Of a stretch of DNA of 64,000 nt, positions 23,162 to 32,507 are shown one piece after another. Position 1 is the stretch's first letter, and each line of letters starts with the position of its first letter. Source of the DNA: Candidatus Oxydemutator sp. (GTDB taxonomy: Bacteria > Pseudomonadota > Gammaproteobacteria > Poriferisulfidales > Oxydemutatoraceae); the NCBI GenBank assembly GCA_965203445.1, contig OZ241883.1, forward strand, positions 2,080,001 to 2,144,000, in the 5' to 3' direction. The translations under genes and the position numbers were made by a program. The notes beneath the pieces were generated by a model. The model was not told where the DNA came from. It worked only from the letters and a program-made list of their open reading frames with translations, and made no database searches.

Positions 23162-26109
23162 CAGTCGTCACGCTCGCCGTCGGAATTTTCGATGTCATCT
23201 TTTTCGACGCGAAGTCCATACTTATGATGTCTGAATTTTTCCGGCTTCCGAAGTATGGATATTCCCTCATTCCAAACAATTACAACTCCGTAGTCTTGTC
23301 CATGCTCTCCAGCAAACTCTTTCTCCCAACGGCTGAACTCAAAAGTATGAGGAAGAGAGCTCTCCGTGCTTTTCACTTCAAAATAGATCGTGCGTCCGTT
23401 TTCCTCAACAGTCATATCATAATGCTCTCCTGACTCCTTCTCTTTATTCAACCAATTCACATTTTCTTTGCCATAGCGCTCACTCAAAAGTTTATAGGCT
23501 TCCTGCTCGCCCCATATTCCGTCAGGCTGTGCCCTGTTTGATGTATTGGAAATGTTATTCCCATCGTCGGCAGATTGAGGAGCGCTCTGCCTTGGCCTTG
23601 AGCGTTGCTCAACTTCACGAACAGGCGTTTCTATAGGAGATTGCCTTTCCTCTTTACTCTGCCGATTTCTATTTTCGGTATTGTTCGTTGCTGCCAGTCG
23701 TTTTTTCAACTCTTTGATCTCCTCTTTTGCTGCATCTGATTCGGCTTTATATTCTTCTATCTCTCTATCTTTTGCTGCTAATTCATTATTGTGTTTTTGT
23801 TCCTGCTTTTTGAACTTTTCGTCCGCCTCTGCCACAGACATCATATCCTTCGACATGCCTAACTGCTCAGCCAATTTATCAGCCTCAGTGAGGTTGTTAC
23901 TTATACATTCCTGGTAGTCAGCATGTAATTGGGAAGGCGAAAATTCCTCAAGCTTTTCTTTAGGAATAGGTCGTTCTTGTTTGTCATAAAGCCACCCATC
24001 TTTACATGCTTCCAAAAGCTGACCGACAACAGAAGGCTCCTCTTTTACTTGTGTCTCTTTCCAGTCTTTTAGCGTCCACCGATATTCTACCCTTCCTTTT
24101 ATGTGGGGATACTCCATAAGGATTTTCCAGAGAATAGTAGATCGTTCAAGGTTTATTTGATCGAGAACTCTATTTAAATCTGTGATTTCAAATCTTTGCT
24201 TAAATCCATCAAGTTCTTTTTCGTATCTCGAAGAAAGAGATGGCGCATGAAACTCAATTTCTTTGCGACAACCAAGTTTCTCCAAGATAGCGCCAAACGC
24301 ATCATATGTATCTTTATCAACAAAAGGCTTATCCAACCCTTCATACCAGGTTTTCAGCTCATCCAAAGGCAAATAAACTTCTTCCGCTTTGCGATAATCT
24401 CCCTCTTCCGTACGGACGATTTTTGCGGGACGCAGAGTTGCTTTAATGGAGTTCTGTTGTTCAGCATCTGCCTCATCCCATATCCGCTTTATTTTTTTCA
24501 TATCGCTGGCATATTCCTCACCAGAAACTTTAACCTCATCTTCCTGGTATTTCGGTGCAATTTTTTCTTGTATTTCGGTAATTCCATCTGGCTCTTTCAT
24601 ATCGTAAAGCCCGAACAGCTCTTTAGCAATTTTCTCATTAGCAAGAGTCCGTTTTACAGTCGGGTAATCTGATTCTATCCCCTCCAGTGGCAGATAGGTC
24701 TCGTCAGGCTTTGGCTTTCCAAAGCCGCCACTTTCTAATGGAGAAATAGGCAGCTGCTTGAAAGCATTTCTGGCTGCTCCGTCTTTGCATAAATTTTTAT
24801 ACAATTTCAAAAACCAGTCGTCGCCTTTTCCGTGCAGAAACACTTTCCACTTACCAACTTCTTCAGCGAATTTTTTGGCAACTTCCAGAAGCGTGAAACT
24901 TTCTATTTTCAGTTCGTCTTCAAAAAACTTCCGTAGATAATAGTCCCCTAGATCCTCACACTTAATCCACTCCCCTCTCCCTTCTTTAAGGTCTTTTGGT
25001 TCAAACGAGTATCGCACGGCTTCCGTAGCGATGATGCATTCTTCAGCCTCCACGTATCGCCCATCACTGGTAGGCAGCAATGGTTCCTCACGCAGTTCTT
25101 TACTGATGGCTTCATGTACCTTGCGATAAATATCCTCCCATCTCTCTTGCAAAGGAAGCAGTTTCAAAAAATCCCATGTCAGCAGTTTTTCTTGCTTGAG
25201 GACAGACAGACTCTCAGCCACCAATGCGGCCAAGTGTTCCGTGATCGGATTGTTTTTGTCATCTGGTCTTATCCTGTCTCTGCTGGGGGTTGTTTCATAC
25301 GGTGCCTGAATCAAAAAATTCACGTGTGAATCCACGGTGGTCGGAAAGAAAACAAAGATTTTTTTGTGCTCTTCATCCGGTTCCACAATCTGGCCTTCGT
25401 GATCAAGTTTATAAGCAATTTGAATCTTCTGAAGCGGCCTCTCAAAAAGAAGGTAAGATACGGTTTCATTTCCCGACAGGGAGGTTTTGCAAACTTTGAG
25501 TTCTCCATTCGAAAGTAGCGGTTCTTCACTTTTACGATAGGAAAGAGTTTCCTTTTCATCAAAATGAAGGGAAATCTCTTTTATATGCGTGAGAAATAAA
25601 AGACTCTCTGCCACAAACTCCTTTACCCAGTTCTTCACCTCACAATAATCAACATCTTCCTTGAAAGGAAAGGTGAATTCTGTTTTTTCATAGAAGTCGC
25701 TGTTTTCATCTTCTATGACGGGAACGATCACATTCTTCAGGGCAATGTGAAAACGACCAGAGCGAATACAAGGACGAACAGTCAAGTTGAATACAGATTT
25801 AAATCCTATCCCAAATTTGCCGATGGCTTCCTTATCTTTTTTTGTCGAGTATCCAGACCGAGCGATTGAGTCAATGTCCTCAATGGTAAAACATTTTCCA
25901 TCATGTTCGACAGTCATCTCCTCATCGCATAAATGAAAAGAAATGGACTTCGCCTCGGTATCTTCGGCATTCTGCAAAAGCTCATAGATAAAACGTTCGG
26001 GTTTTTCAGATACCCCGATTAATGTCCAAGGGTTCTGCCGTTTTATCGAAATCTCTGCATCCTTCTGCCAAGCTTCCAGTTGCCGTTTGTCTTCTTCAGT
26101 CAACATCAT
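23161..26109 (-). CDS. Sacsin-like GHKL ATPase + coiled coil + C-terminal DUF3883/NO VEIN-type nuclease
   Basis: [35 protein letters not shown]; C-terminal GEQEAY...YD...FEVKST; AT-rich. Confidence 0.8.
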   Translation of the reverse strand: MMLTEEDKRQLEAWQKDAEISIKRQNPWTLIGVSEKPERFIYELLQNAEDTEAKSISFHLCDEEMTVEHDGKCFTIEDIDSIARSGYSTKKDKEAIGKFGIGFKSVFNLTVRPCIRSGRFHIALKNVIVPVIEDENSDFYEKTEFTFPFKEDVDYCEVKNWVKEFVAESLLFLTHIKEISLHFDEKETLSYRKSEEPLLSNGELKVCKTSLSGNETVSYLLFERPLQKIQIAYKLDHEGQIVEPDEEHKKIFVFFPTTVDSHVNFLIQAPYETTPSRDRIRPDDKNNPITEHLAALVAESLSVLKQEKLLTWDFLKLLPLQERWEDIYRKVHEAISKELREEPLLPTSDGRYVEAEECIIATEAVRYSFEPKDLKEGRGEWIKCEDLGDYYLRKFFEDELKIESFTLLEVAKKFAEEVGKWKVFLHGKGDDWFLKLYKNLCKDGAARNAFKQLPISPLESGGFGKPKPDETYLPLEGIESDYPTVKRTLANEKIAKELFGLYDMKEPDGITEIQEKIAPKYQEDEVKVSGEEYASDMKKIKRIWDEADAEQQNSIKATLRPAKIVRTEEGDYRKAEEVYLPLDELKTWYEGLDKPFVDKDTYDAFGAILEKLGCRKEIEFHAPSLSSRYEKELDGFKQRFEITDLNRVLDQINLERSTILWKILMEYPHIKGRVEYRWTLKDWKETQVKEEPSVVGQLLEACKDGWLYDKQERPIPKEKLEEFSPSQLHADYQECISNNLTEADKLAEQLGMSKDMMSVAEADEKFKKQEQKHNNELAAKDREIEEYKAESDAAKEEIKELKKRLAATNNTENRNRQSKEERQSPIETPVREVEQRSRPRQSAPQSADDGNNISNTSNRAQPDGIWGEQEAYKLLSERYGKENVNWLNKEKESGEHYDMTVEENGRTIYFEVKSTESSLPHTFEFSRWEKEFAGEHGQDYGVVIVWNEGISILRKPEKFRHHKYGLRVEKDDIENSDGERDD

Positions 26110-26222
26110 TCTCTCTCCAACGCTCCCCATCCGCCGCCGGGGGTTTCTATTTGCAGGCGGTCGCCGGGAGGTGCGAAAAACGAGGGTTTGGCAGGCAATT
26201 CCCTGCCGTTCAGCATGTTGCG
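26106..26222 (-). pseudogene. Duplicated 3' end of the hydantoinase B/oxoprolinase gene
   Basis: 26123-26222 aligns with 32561-32663 (about 11 mismatches plus one codon indel); encodes [38 protein letters not shown]. Confidence 0.88.
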
Positions 26223-26426
26223 CCCGATGCTGCCTCCCTACAGCAGACCCACTATCGTTGATAGAAATCCCATTGTACCAGGCCACCCTCTCCAGGAGGG
26301 GCGCGGTCGTGGTCAAAGGCGACAACTACTCGCCACCTAGCGAGGGAGCGGCGCGCATAGACTTCGAGGACCGCGCCCCCGCGTCGCACCGCTCCCTGCG
26401 CATCGGCTGATGCAGATCAGCGTTGG

Positions 26427-27530
26427 CTATACTTCGATTTCGATCAATCGCAACTGCCGACCAAAGCTCACTCCTGCAATCTCGCAAGCGATATGGATGT
26501 TATTTCTCACTTGAAGGGTGCTGAGATTGGACCCCAACCACCAGCCATTATCCAAAGGCTTGGCTGCCGTCTCCATCAAATCCTTTCTATCTGGGGAGTA
26601 TAAATCTTCTCGCCTGCGCGCCACCAACCGCCTCGTGTTCGTTGCCACGCGAGGAGCAAATTCCGTCATGAAATTGGGGATGCGCTGAAACACATTCAGG
26701 ATTTCGATCAGGGTTTGGGTACCATTGTTAGTATCGTGCCTCTCATCGTCAAAAATAAAACCAATAATGCGACTCCTTCGCACCCGTTGAGGCCTTCTCG
26801 CCTGCCGCTCTTGTAGCATCCCTACATTCGCGTGCTCCTGTCGGACGGGAGCGGGCGCAGGAGACTGTGTCACAGTATCTGACTCAGGTTCACGACCAAA
26901 TGAAAATATACCGACGCGGTGCCTGTTCTGCCACGCCAATTCCGCGGTCTCTCTACGAGACTTTCTTCCATTAGTAAGATCGTCGGCCACGTGATCAACG
27001 ATAGCCTGCATTCCTTGTTGATTAAATAGACCATACGCGCCGTTCAGGCTCTCCCGCATAATGCCTATCGCCATCGCTACAATTTGGCCATCCGTTATGT
27101 CACTCGCCCGCAACACACGCGCAAACGCACTGTTCGGATCAATATCACGACGGAAGCTGTCGCGGATATGCTTGAGATTGGTGTTTGTCTCCTCGATTGA
27201 GGATGTCGGTATTCGAATAAGTTTTACCATTATTGCCCTCCAGGGTATGAACAGTCGAGATTTTCTTTTCTTGGTAAGATTGTCGGCCACGCGATCAACG
27301 ACAGTTTGCATTCCATGTTGATCGAATGGGCTATACGCGCTGTTTAAACTCTTCCACATAATGTCTAACGCCACCGCTGCAATTTGGCCGTCCGTTATGG
27401 CACCCGCCCGCACCGCAAGCGCAAACGCACTGTTCGGGTCAATATCACGACGGAAGCTGTCGCGAATACATTTGAGATTGGTGTTTGTCACCTCGATCGA
27501 GGATGTCGGTATTTGAATAAATTTGATCAT
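26427..27530 (-). CDS. Hypothetical protein with two ~100-aa tandem repeats and a possibly SeqA-like C-terminal domain
   Basis: IPTSSIE.TNTNLK.IRDSFRRDIDPNSAFA occurs twice, 300 nt apart; RBS AGGAGG; C-terminal RRLVAR...GWWLGSNLS. Confidence 0.7.
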   Translation of the reverse strand: MIKFIQIPTSSIEVTNTNLKCIRDSFRRDIDPNSAFALAVRAGAITDGQIAAVALDIMWKSLNSAYSPFDQHGMQTVVDRVADNLTKKRKSRLFIPWRAIMVKLIRIPTSSIEETNTNLKHIRDSFRRDIDPNSAFARVLRASDITDGQIVAMAIGIMRESLNGAYGLFNQQGMQAIVDHVADDLTNGRKSRRETAELAWQNRHRVGIFSFGREPESDTVTQSPAPAPVRQEHANVGMLQERQARRPQRVRRSRIIGFIFDDERHDTNNGTQTLIEILNVFQRIPNFMTEFAPRVATNTRRLVARRREDLYSPDRKDLMETAAKPLDNGWWLGSNLSTLQVRNNIHIACEIAGVSFGRQLRLIEIEV

Positions 27531-27593
27531 ATCTGTTGCCCTCCTTAGGCATGAAAAGTTAAGAAATCGCAGCTGTTGCTGCTTTATATACAG

Positions 27594-27621
27594 ATCGTAA
27601 CAAAAAATTACAGCATGTCAA
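27594..27621 (-). promoter_or_regulatory. sigma70 promoter for the repeat-protein gene
   Basis: TTGACA-N16-TACGAT with extended TG. Confidence 0.6.
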
Positions 27622-27659
27622 GCCACACAGAACACATTGACCAGCCTGACCAAATAACC

Positions 27660-27708
27660 TGTCCACAAACCACTCTCCCATTTGTCCAGAATGTGCTGTC
27701 TCCATACA
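27660..27708. mobile_element. Orphan IS481-type end
   Basis: Reverse complement TGTATGGAGACAGCACATTCTGGACAAATG resembles the IS481 ends at 35289 and 35995. Confidence 0.65.
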
Positions 27709-27776
27709 GCCTTCCCGCAGGGAGAGAGGGTGCGGCTCTAGCAGGATGACGTTCGACACGCCTGTTTGACGCACCA

Positions 27777-27815
27777 TTGAAATGCAGCATATTTGCAGTA
27801 GAATATACTGCAAAT
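27777..27815 (+). promoter_or_regulatory. sigma70 promoter with overlapping palindromic operator
   Basis: TTGAAA-N16-TAGAAT; ATTTGCAGTA-N5-TACTGCAAAT at 27791-27815. Confidence 0.7.
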
Positions 27816-27839
27816 CAACGCAACAAGGAGGCCGAAAAC

Positions 27840-28055
27840 ATGCCCAGATTTACCATAGATTTGTCCAGCGATATTGATCGGAAACTGACCGAAATCGCGC
27901 GCGACAACCATATCTCCAAAGGTGAAGTGATGCGCAACGCATTTGCTTTGCTCGTCCTGGCCGAAAATGAGAAAAAGAAGGGATTTTCCGTCGGAATTGT
28001 CAAAGAAAGTGACGACCATTCGCTGGAAGCGGTGGCTCGCGTGGTAGGTCTTTGA
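27840..28055 (+). CDS. Ribbon-helix-helix (CopG-like) DNA-binding protein
   Basis: MPRFTIDLS..IDRKLTEIA....SKGEVMRNA pattern; RBS AAGGAGG. Confidence 0.8.
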   Translation: MPRFTIDLSSDIDRKLTEIARDNHISKGEVMRNAFALLVLAENEKKKGFSVGIVKESDDHSLEAVARVVGL

Positions 28056-28316
28056 GTGGCGACCGAACGGAATAAAGACATCCACGCTGTATTCATCCCG
28101 GGCAGCAAAGTTGTAATCAATGAAAGTGAGCGCCTGAGGTTTGCCAGGCAAGTGTTAGGCATCATCGGAGTCGTCTGCGTTGCGGTGTTCGCCGCCTATG
28201 CCGTTTTCCCCGACAACAAGGCATTGGTCGCCATATTTGAACTGATCAAAATTGGCGTATTGCCTCTGATGACTCTGGTGGTGTCATTTTATTTCCCGAA
28301 CAAGGATCGGAATTGA
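28056..28316 (+). CDS. Small two-TM membrane protein
   Basis: Two hydrophobic helices ending LVVSFYFP; starts immediately after the RHH stop. Confidence 0.65.
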   Translation: MATERNKDIHAVFIPGSKVVINESERLRFARQVLGIIGVVCVAVFAAYAVFPDNKALVAIFELIKIGVLPLMTLVVSFYFPNKDRN

Positions 28317-28350
28317 GAGAACGATTGTGCCTGATAGCCAAAAGTGTCTG

Positions 28351-29073
28351 ATGAAACAATGCAGGCTTTGTCGGAATAAAAGGGAACTGAAGTACTCTCA
28401 TATAATTCCTGAATTTTTCTATAAATGGCTTTATGACGACAAACATCGGTATCGTACTTTTTCAACGTATGAAAACCGCCCTCGCCCTATGGAACAAAAA
28501 GGCATGCGGGAACATTTACTTTGTTCGGAATGCGAAGCAAAGCTATCTGGATGGGAAACCTATGCGTGCAATATACTTACTGACGATGCGGTTCAATTCG
28601 GAGATCACGATCATCGCATTGTGATGGATGTGGATTATGAAAAATTTAAATTGTTTGAATTATCCATACTGTGGCGCGTGTCTGTTGCAAATCACCAACT
28701 TTGTAAGAGAGTTCGTTTGTCGGATCATGAAGAGGAAGATCTGCGTTCTTTTATCTCTGAGGGACGCGCACCGAAAGCAAATGAATACGGAAGTATAAAG
28801 TTTGCTCTTTTGAAAGATGATGGCAGACGACAGATGGATTACATACCTCAACCGGAACCAATATGTGATGAGAACCGTGCGATCAGCATGGCTTTTGGAG
28901 GCATTAGGTGGTTATTCATTATGGACAGTCGCCAGGTACCGAAAAAATCTGTGGAATATTTTCTGCAAGACAATGGAAAGCTTCATATTCTGAGAGACAA
29001 ATTTTCTGATGAGATAAATCGTAATTTGCCATTTGGGATAAGACTACAAGAAATGGGGCGCTTGCGGTGGTAG
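28351..29073 (+). CDS. HNH-like (Zn-binding) endonuclease-domain protein
   Basis: CRLC...SHIIP...LLCSECE pattern; AT-rich. Confidence 0.6.
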   Translation: MKQCRLCRNKRELKYSHIIPEFFYKWLYDDKHRYRTFSTYENRPRPMEQKGMREHLLCSECEAKLSGWETYACNILTDDAVQFGDHDHRIVMDVDYEKFKLFELSILWRVSVANHQLCKRVRLSDHEEEDLRSFISEGRAPKANEYGSIKFALLKDDGRRQMDYIPQPEPICDENRAISMAFGGIRWLFIMDSRQVPKKSVEYFLQDNGKLHILRDKFSDEINRNLPFGIRLQEMGRLRW

Positions 29074-29845
29074 CCTATCTCAAAATTGCCTGATCAATAT
29101 CATTATGGTGGTCAGCTGTACAAAGCCAAAAAAGTTATGCGCGTAATACTCCCACCGTGTTAACAACCGTCGTTGCCATTGTAACCATGCAAAATATCTC
29201 TCCACTATCCAGCACCTTTCGTGGCAGTGCAGTTTATGGCCATTCTATGTCTTACGTTTCTTGCGATTGCGTTTGTGCGGGGCTGTCATCTCTATCTCCG
29301 GAAGCGCGCAACTCTTCATCCAAACCGTCGCTATCATAAGTCGGCTTCGCTTCTATCATGTAAAAGTCAGAACTCAACTGCACCACGGTCACTTCGTGAT
29401 GGTTCGTCGCGTGTGTGCTGACCGACAGCGGCAGACTGTGCCGATCTACTATCGCCATGATTTTGACGCCTTTGCCGCGCTTTGTCCCGTCTATCTCCGC
29501 GTCGCCCTCTTTGGCCGCGGCAAACATCCCGTCTATTAAACGCTCTCTTTCGTCCACGATCTCTTCCTTGCGCAAGTCGTTGGCCAAGTCCAGCAGCAGA
29601 TCGCGCAGGGTGTTGTCCGTGCACCACTGCTGAAAGCGACGGTGCACTGCTTTGTAATTCGGATAGCATTGCGGCAGCATTTTCCATTGCGCACCCGTGT
29701 TGAGTATCCACAGGACGCCTTCGAGAACCTTTTTTGTCGGCACTGGCTTGCGGCCGGCCCGGTCCGGCGGGATGTTTTCTTCCGGGAGGTGTTTGCGTAT
29801 GCGTTCCCATTGCTCGTCGCTCAATCGCACCATGCAATCAATCAT
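29072..29845 (-). pseudogene. Degenerate IS5-family transposase with right end
   Basis: LSDEQWERI, GVLWILNTGAQW..LP..Y, IDG, KRGKGVKIMAIVD; shifted frame with stop gives WIVERYFAWL..RRL..RWE...IRQF*. Confidence 0.85.
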
Positions 29846-30029
29846 GAACCTATCTTAAAACCAGAGACCTGCTGATAATCATACAGTGATTCTCCCTCTC
29901 CCTCTGGGAGAGGGTTGGGGTGAGGACCCGGATGAGAACAATAGCAACCCTCTTTTCCCTCACCCGGCCTTCGGCCACCCTCTCCCAGAGGGAGAGGGTT
30001 TCATTATCAGGCAATTTTGAGACAAGTTC
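29846..30029. mobile_element. MITE-like unit with IS5-type ends enclosing a REP-like inverted doublet
   Basis: Ends GAACCTATCTTAAAA / TTTTGAGACAAGTTC (12/15 inverted); internal CCCTCTCCCTCTGGGAGAGGG...CCCTCTCCCAGAGGGAGAGGG. Confidence 0.6.
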
Positions 30030-30062
30030 ATAGTTCATTTGCTTTGAGAAAAGAACTTCGAC

Positions 30063-30671
30063 TCACGTTTCTTTATTCGGCAATGAAACCTTGCGCAAAA
30101 TATCCGTATGCGGTAGAAGCCCCCATACACGGGAAAGTTGCACCAATTGGACGAGAACCACCTGAAGCCCGGACCGGCGCGCCATCTTCATTGCAGGAAT
30201 AAAATCCGTATCCCCTGTGACCAGAATGATCCGTTCCACGGTCCTTTCGTATGAAAAAGTAGCTATGTCGAGCCCAATCTGCATATCAACTCCCTTTTGC
30301 TCATAGTTCGGTTTGTAATCACTATCGCCGAGGGGCTTCTGCTGATCCCATCTGGTTCGCCTCCAGCCCCGAAAGTGCACCGCACCGCCAAGACGAACGG
30401 CAAAGTACTTTTTGCGGGGAAGATCATCTTGCCAGAGTGCTTTTGTCGTGGACACATAGTCACGCCCAGAGACTGGATAGCGTTGTGATTTCTTATTCGG
30501 CAAGCAGTCGTAATAAAAAATGCGGAATAATTCTTCCTCTTCTTTGTCAAAGCACTTCAGCGCAAACTTCTCTATAAAATCAGCCGTATAATCTTCAGAA
30601 TCAAATCCATGGTGTTTTGTCGCAACCGCCCTCAAATAAGCGCCATCTATCAGCAAAGCTGTTTTCTTCAT
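30063..30671 (-). CDS. NYN domain (LabA/DUF88, PIN-like) ribonuclease
   Basis: LLIDGAYL, RIFYYDC, QKGVDMQIGLD, VTGDTDFIPA. Confidence 0.9.
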   Translation of the reverse strand: MKKTALLIDGAYLRAVATKHHGFDSEDYTADFIEKFALKCFDKEEEELFRIFYYDCLPNKKSQRYPVSGRDYVSTTKALWQDDLPRKKYFAVRLGGAVHFRGWRRTRWDQQKPLGDSDYKPNYEQKGVDMQIGLDIATFSYERTVERIILVTGDTDFIPAMKMARRSGLQVVLVQLVQLSRVWGLLPHTDILRKVSLPNKET

Positions 30672-30796
30672 TATTGCCGCCTCGCATCAACTTTCATCGG
30701 AAGGATAGTAGCGAGGCCATACCCTACATACGAAAAGCCCCGGGGCCCGCCGAAACGGGCCGAGGGGTTGGTAATCTGTTCGCTTGTGGGCGAGGT
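30672..30796 (-). ncRNA. Candidate structured leader/antitoxin RNA upstream of the NYN gene
   Basis: GC-rich hairpin followed by UUUU (30733-30769) and an RBS-covering hairpin (30679-30717) between a consensus promoter and the ATG. Confidence 0.4.
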
Positions 30797-30802
30797 GTGT
30801 TA

Positions 30803-30831
30803 AGAATACGACACTTATTGTGTTCTGTCAA
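30803..30831 (-). promoter_or_regulatory. sigma70 promoter of the NYN locus
   Basis: TTGACA-N17-TATTCT. Confidence 0.7.
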
Positions 30832-31010
30832 ATCTTTGTATAGGGCCAATACATTTTAGACAAACGCACCCCCCTGCCTTCCATCAGCATCAGGCCGATG
30901 GTGGCGGCTCCTTGCCTGGTGCCATGTTGATGGGCTGGAGTATAATTTGCTGAAGGCTGTCCCAAGGCGGGGCGCCCCCAAGCCGCTTTTAAGGTCGCCC
31001 CGAGAGCAAC

Positions 31011-32054
31011 GTGCATTCCATTGCCATCAATCAGCGTCGGATTGGCTGTGGCCATCCTCCGTACGTCGTCGCCGAGTTGTCGGCGAACCACAACGGCAGC
31101 CTGGAGCGGGCGCTGCGGCTGGTCGAGGTGGCCGCCGAGGCCGGGGCCGAGGCGGTCAAGTTGCAGACCTACCGCGCCGACACGATGACCATAGATTGCG
31201 ACGCGCCGGATTTTCAGGCCGGCGGATTGTGGAGCGGCAAATCGCTCTACGAACTATACACGTGGGCGCAGATGCCGTGGGAATGGCACGAGCCGCTGTT
31301 TGCGCGCGCGCGCGAACTGGGGCTGACCGCGTTCAGTTCGCCGTTCGACGCAAGCGCCGTGGAGTATCTGGAGCGGCTTGCGGTTCCGGCCTACAAGATC
31401 GCGTCGTTCGAGCTGGGCGACGTGGCGCTGATCGGTCGCGCCGCGGCCACCGGCAAGCCGCTGATCCTGTCGACCGGCGCCTCCGATTTCGGCGAGATCG
31501 AGGAGGCGGTGGCCGCCGCGCGCGCCGCCGGGTGCCGCGAACTCGCGCTGCTGCACTGCGTAAGCGCCTACCCCGCGGCCCCCGACGACTACAGCCTCGG
31601 CGTCATCGCCGACATGGCGCGGCGCTTCGACGTTCCCGTCGGCCTGTCCGACCACACTACGGACGACGCCACTGCAATCGCCGCCGCGGCCCTCGGCGCC
31701 AGCATCATCGAGAAACACTTCACGCTGAGCCGCGACGACGGCGGCCCGGACGACAGTTTCTCGTTGGAGCCGGCGGCCCTGAAAAAACTGTGCCGCGGCG
31801 TAAAAACCGCGTGGGAGTGCGCCGGCAAGGTCGCCTACGGGGTGAAAACCGGCGAGCGCGACGCGCTGCAATTCCGCCGTTCGCTCTATGCGGTGAAGGA
31901 CGTGCGCGCCGGCGAGACGCTTACGGCGGACAACGTGCGCAGCATCCGCCCCGGGCGCGGCCTGGCGCCGAAACACTTGGACGAAGTGTTGGGCAGGAGC
32001 GCCGCCTGCGACGTCGCGCGCGGAACCCCGCTGTCGTGGAAGTTGCTCGTCTGA
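31011..32054 (+). CDS. pseI: Pseudaminic acid synthase (NeuB family)
   Basis: AELSANHNGS, KLQTY, KIASFE, GLSDHT, IEKHFT, C-terminal SAF domain. Confidence 0.88.
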   Translation: MHSIAINQRRIGCGHPPYVVAELSANHNGSLERALRLVEVAAEAGAEAVKLQTYRADTMTIDCDAPDFQAGGLWSGKSLYELYTWAQMPWEWHEPLFARARELGLTAFSSPFDASAVEYLERLAVPAYKIASFELGDVALIGRAAATGKPLILSTGASDFGEIEEAVAAARAAGCRELALLHCVSAYPAAPDDYSLGVIADMARRFDVPVGLSDHTTDDATAIAAAALGASIIEKHFTLSRDDGGPDDSFSLEPAALKKLCRGVKTAWECAGKVAYGVKTGERDALQFRRSLYAVKDVRAGETLTADNVRSIRPGRGLAPKHLDEVLGRSAACDVARGTPLSWKLLV

Positions 32055-32057
32055 ACG

Positions 32058-32285
32058 CTACCGAGAGACGGCCGCGGGCAACACGCTGATGTGCTCGGCG
32101 CGCGCGGCGTTCGCCAAGGCGCGATCCAGCGTGGCCAGCGGCAGCGAGCGGCGCGTCGCCAGTTCCAGATAAACGGCGTTATACACGCTCAAGTCGTGGC
32201 GCATCGCAAGAGACGCGGTCTTTTCCATTATCGCGTGCGAAAAAACCGCGTCGAACTCGACCGGCAAGACGGCCACGTAGGCCAT
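32058..32285 (-). pseudogene. C-terminal fragment of a VapC/PIN toxin
   Basis: LA.RHDLSVYNAVYLELA....PLATLDRAL; N-terminal half missing and YDA changed to YNA. Confidence 0.7.
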
Positions 32286-32507
32286 GCAGCCGTTCGTGCA
32301 TGCTACCTATATCCATTACCCGAAGTGCCGGCGTCTGGGACGTGGCGGATGCACACGCGGCGCGCGGCGACGACGCTTTTTCCACAGGCCATCCTCTATC
32401 ATCCAATGCCACAACGTCTCGCTGCCAAAGCCTTGTGCGACATAGTCCACTTCTCCTGATTCATGGCACCTCCCGCAAGGGCTGTCGCAATGCCGCATTG
32501 TGTCCAA

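Noticed and set aside
26110-26325. N-terminal extension of the 1054-aa ORF
   Set aside because: It is out-of-frame translation of the duplicated hyuB end; the true start is probably 26109.
26223-26410. Short plus-strand gene-like tail (…DFEDRAPASHRSLRIG*)
   Set aside because: No recognisable family or start codon; cannot be supported.
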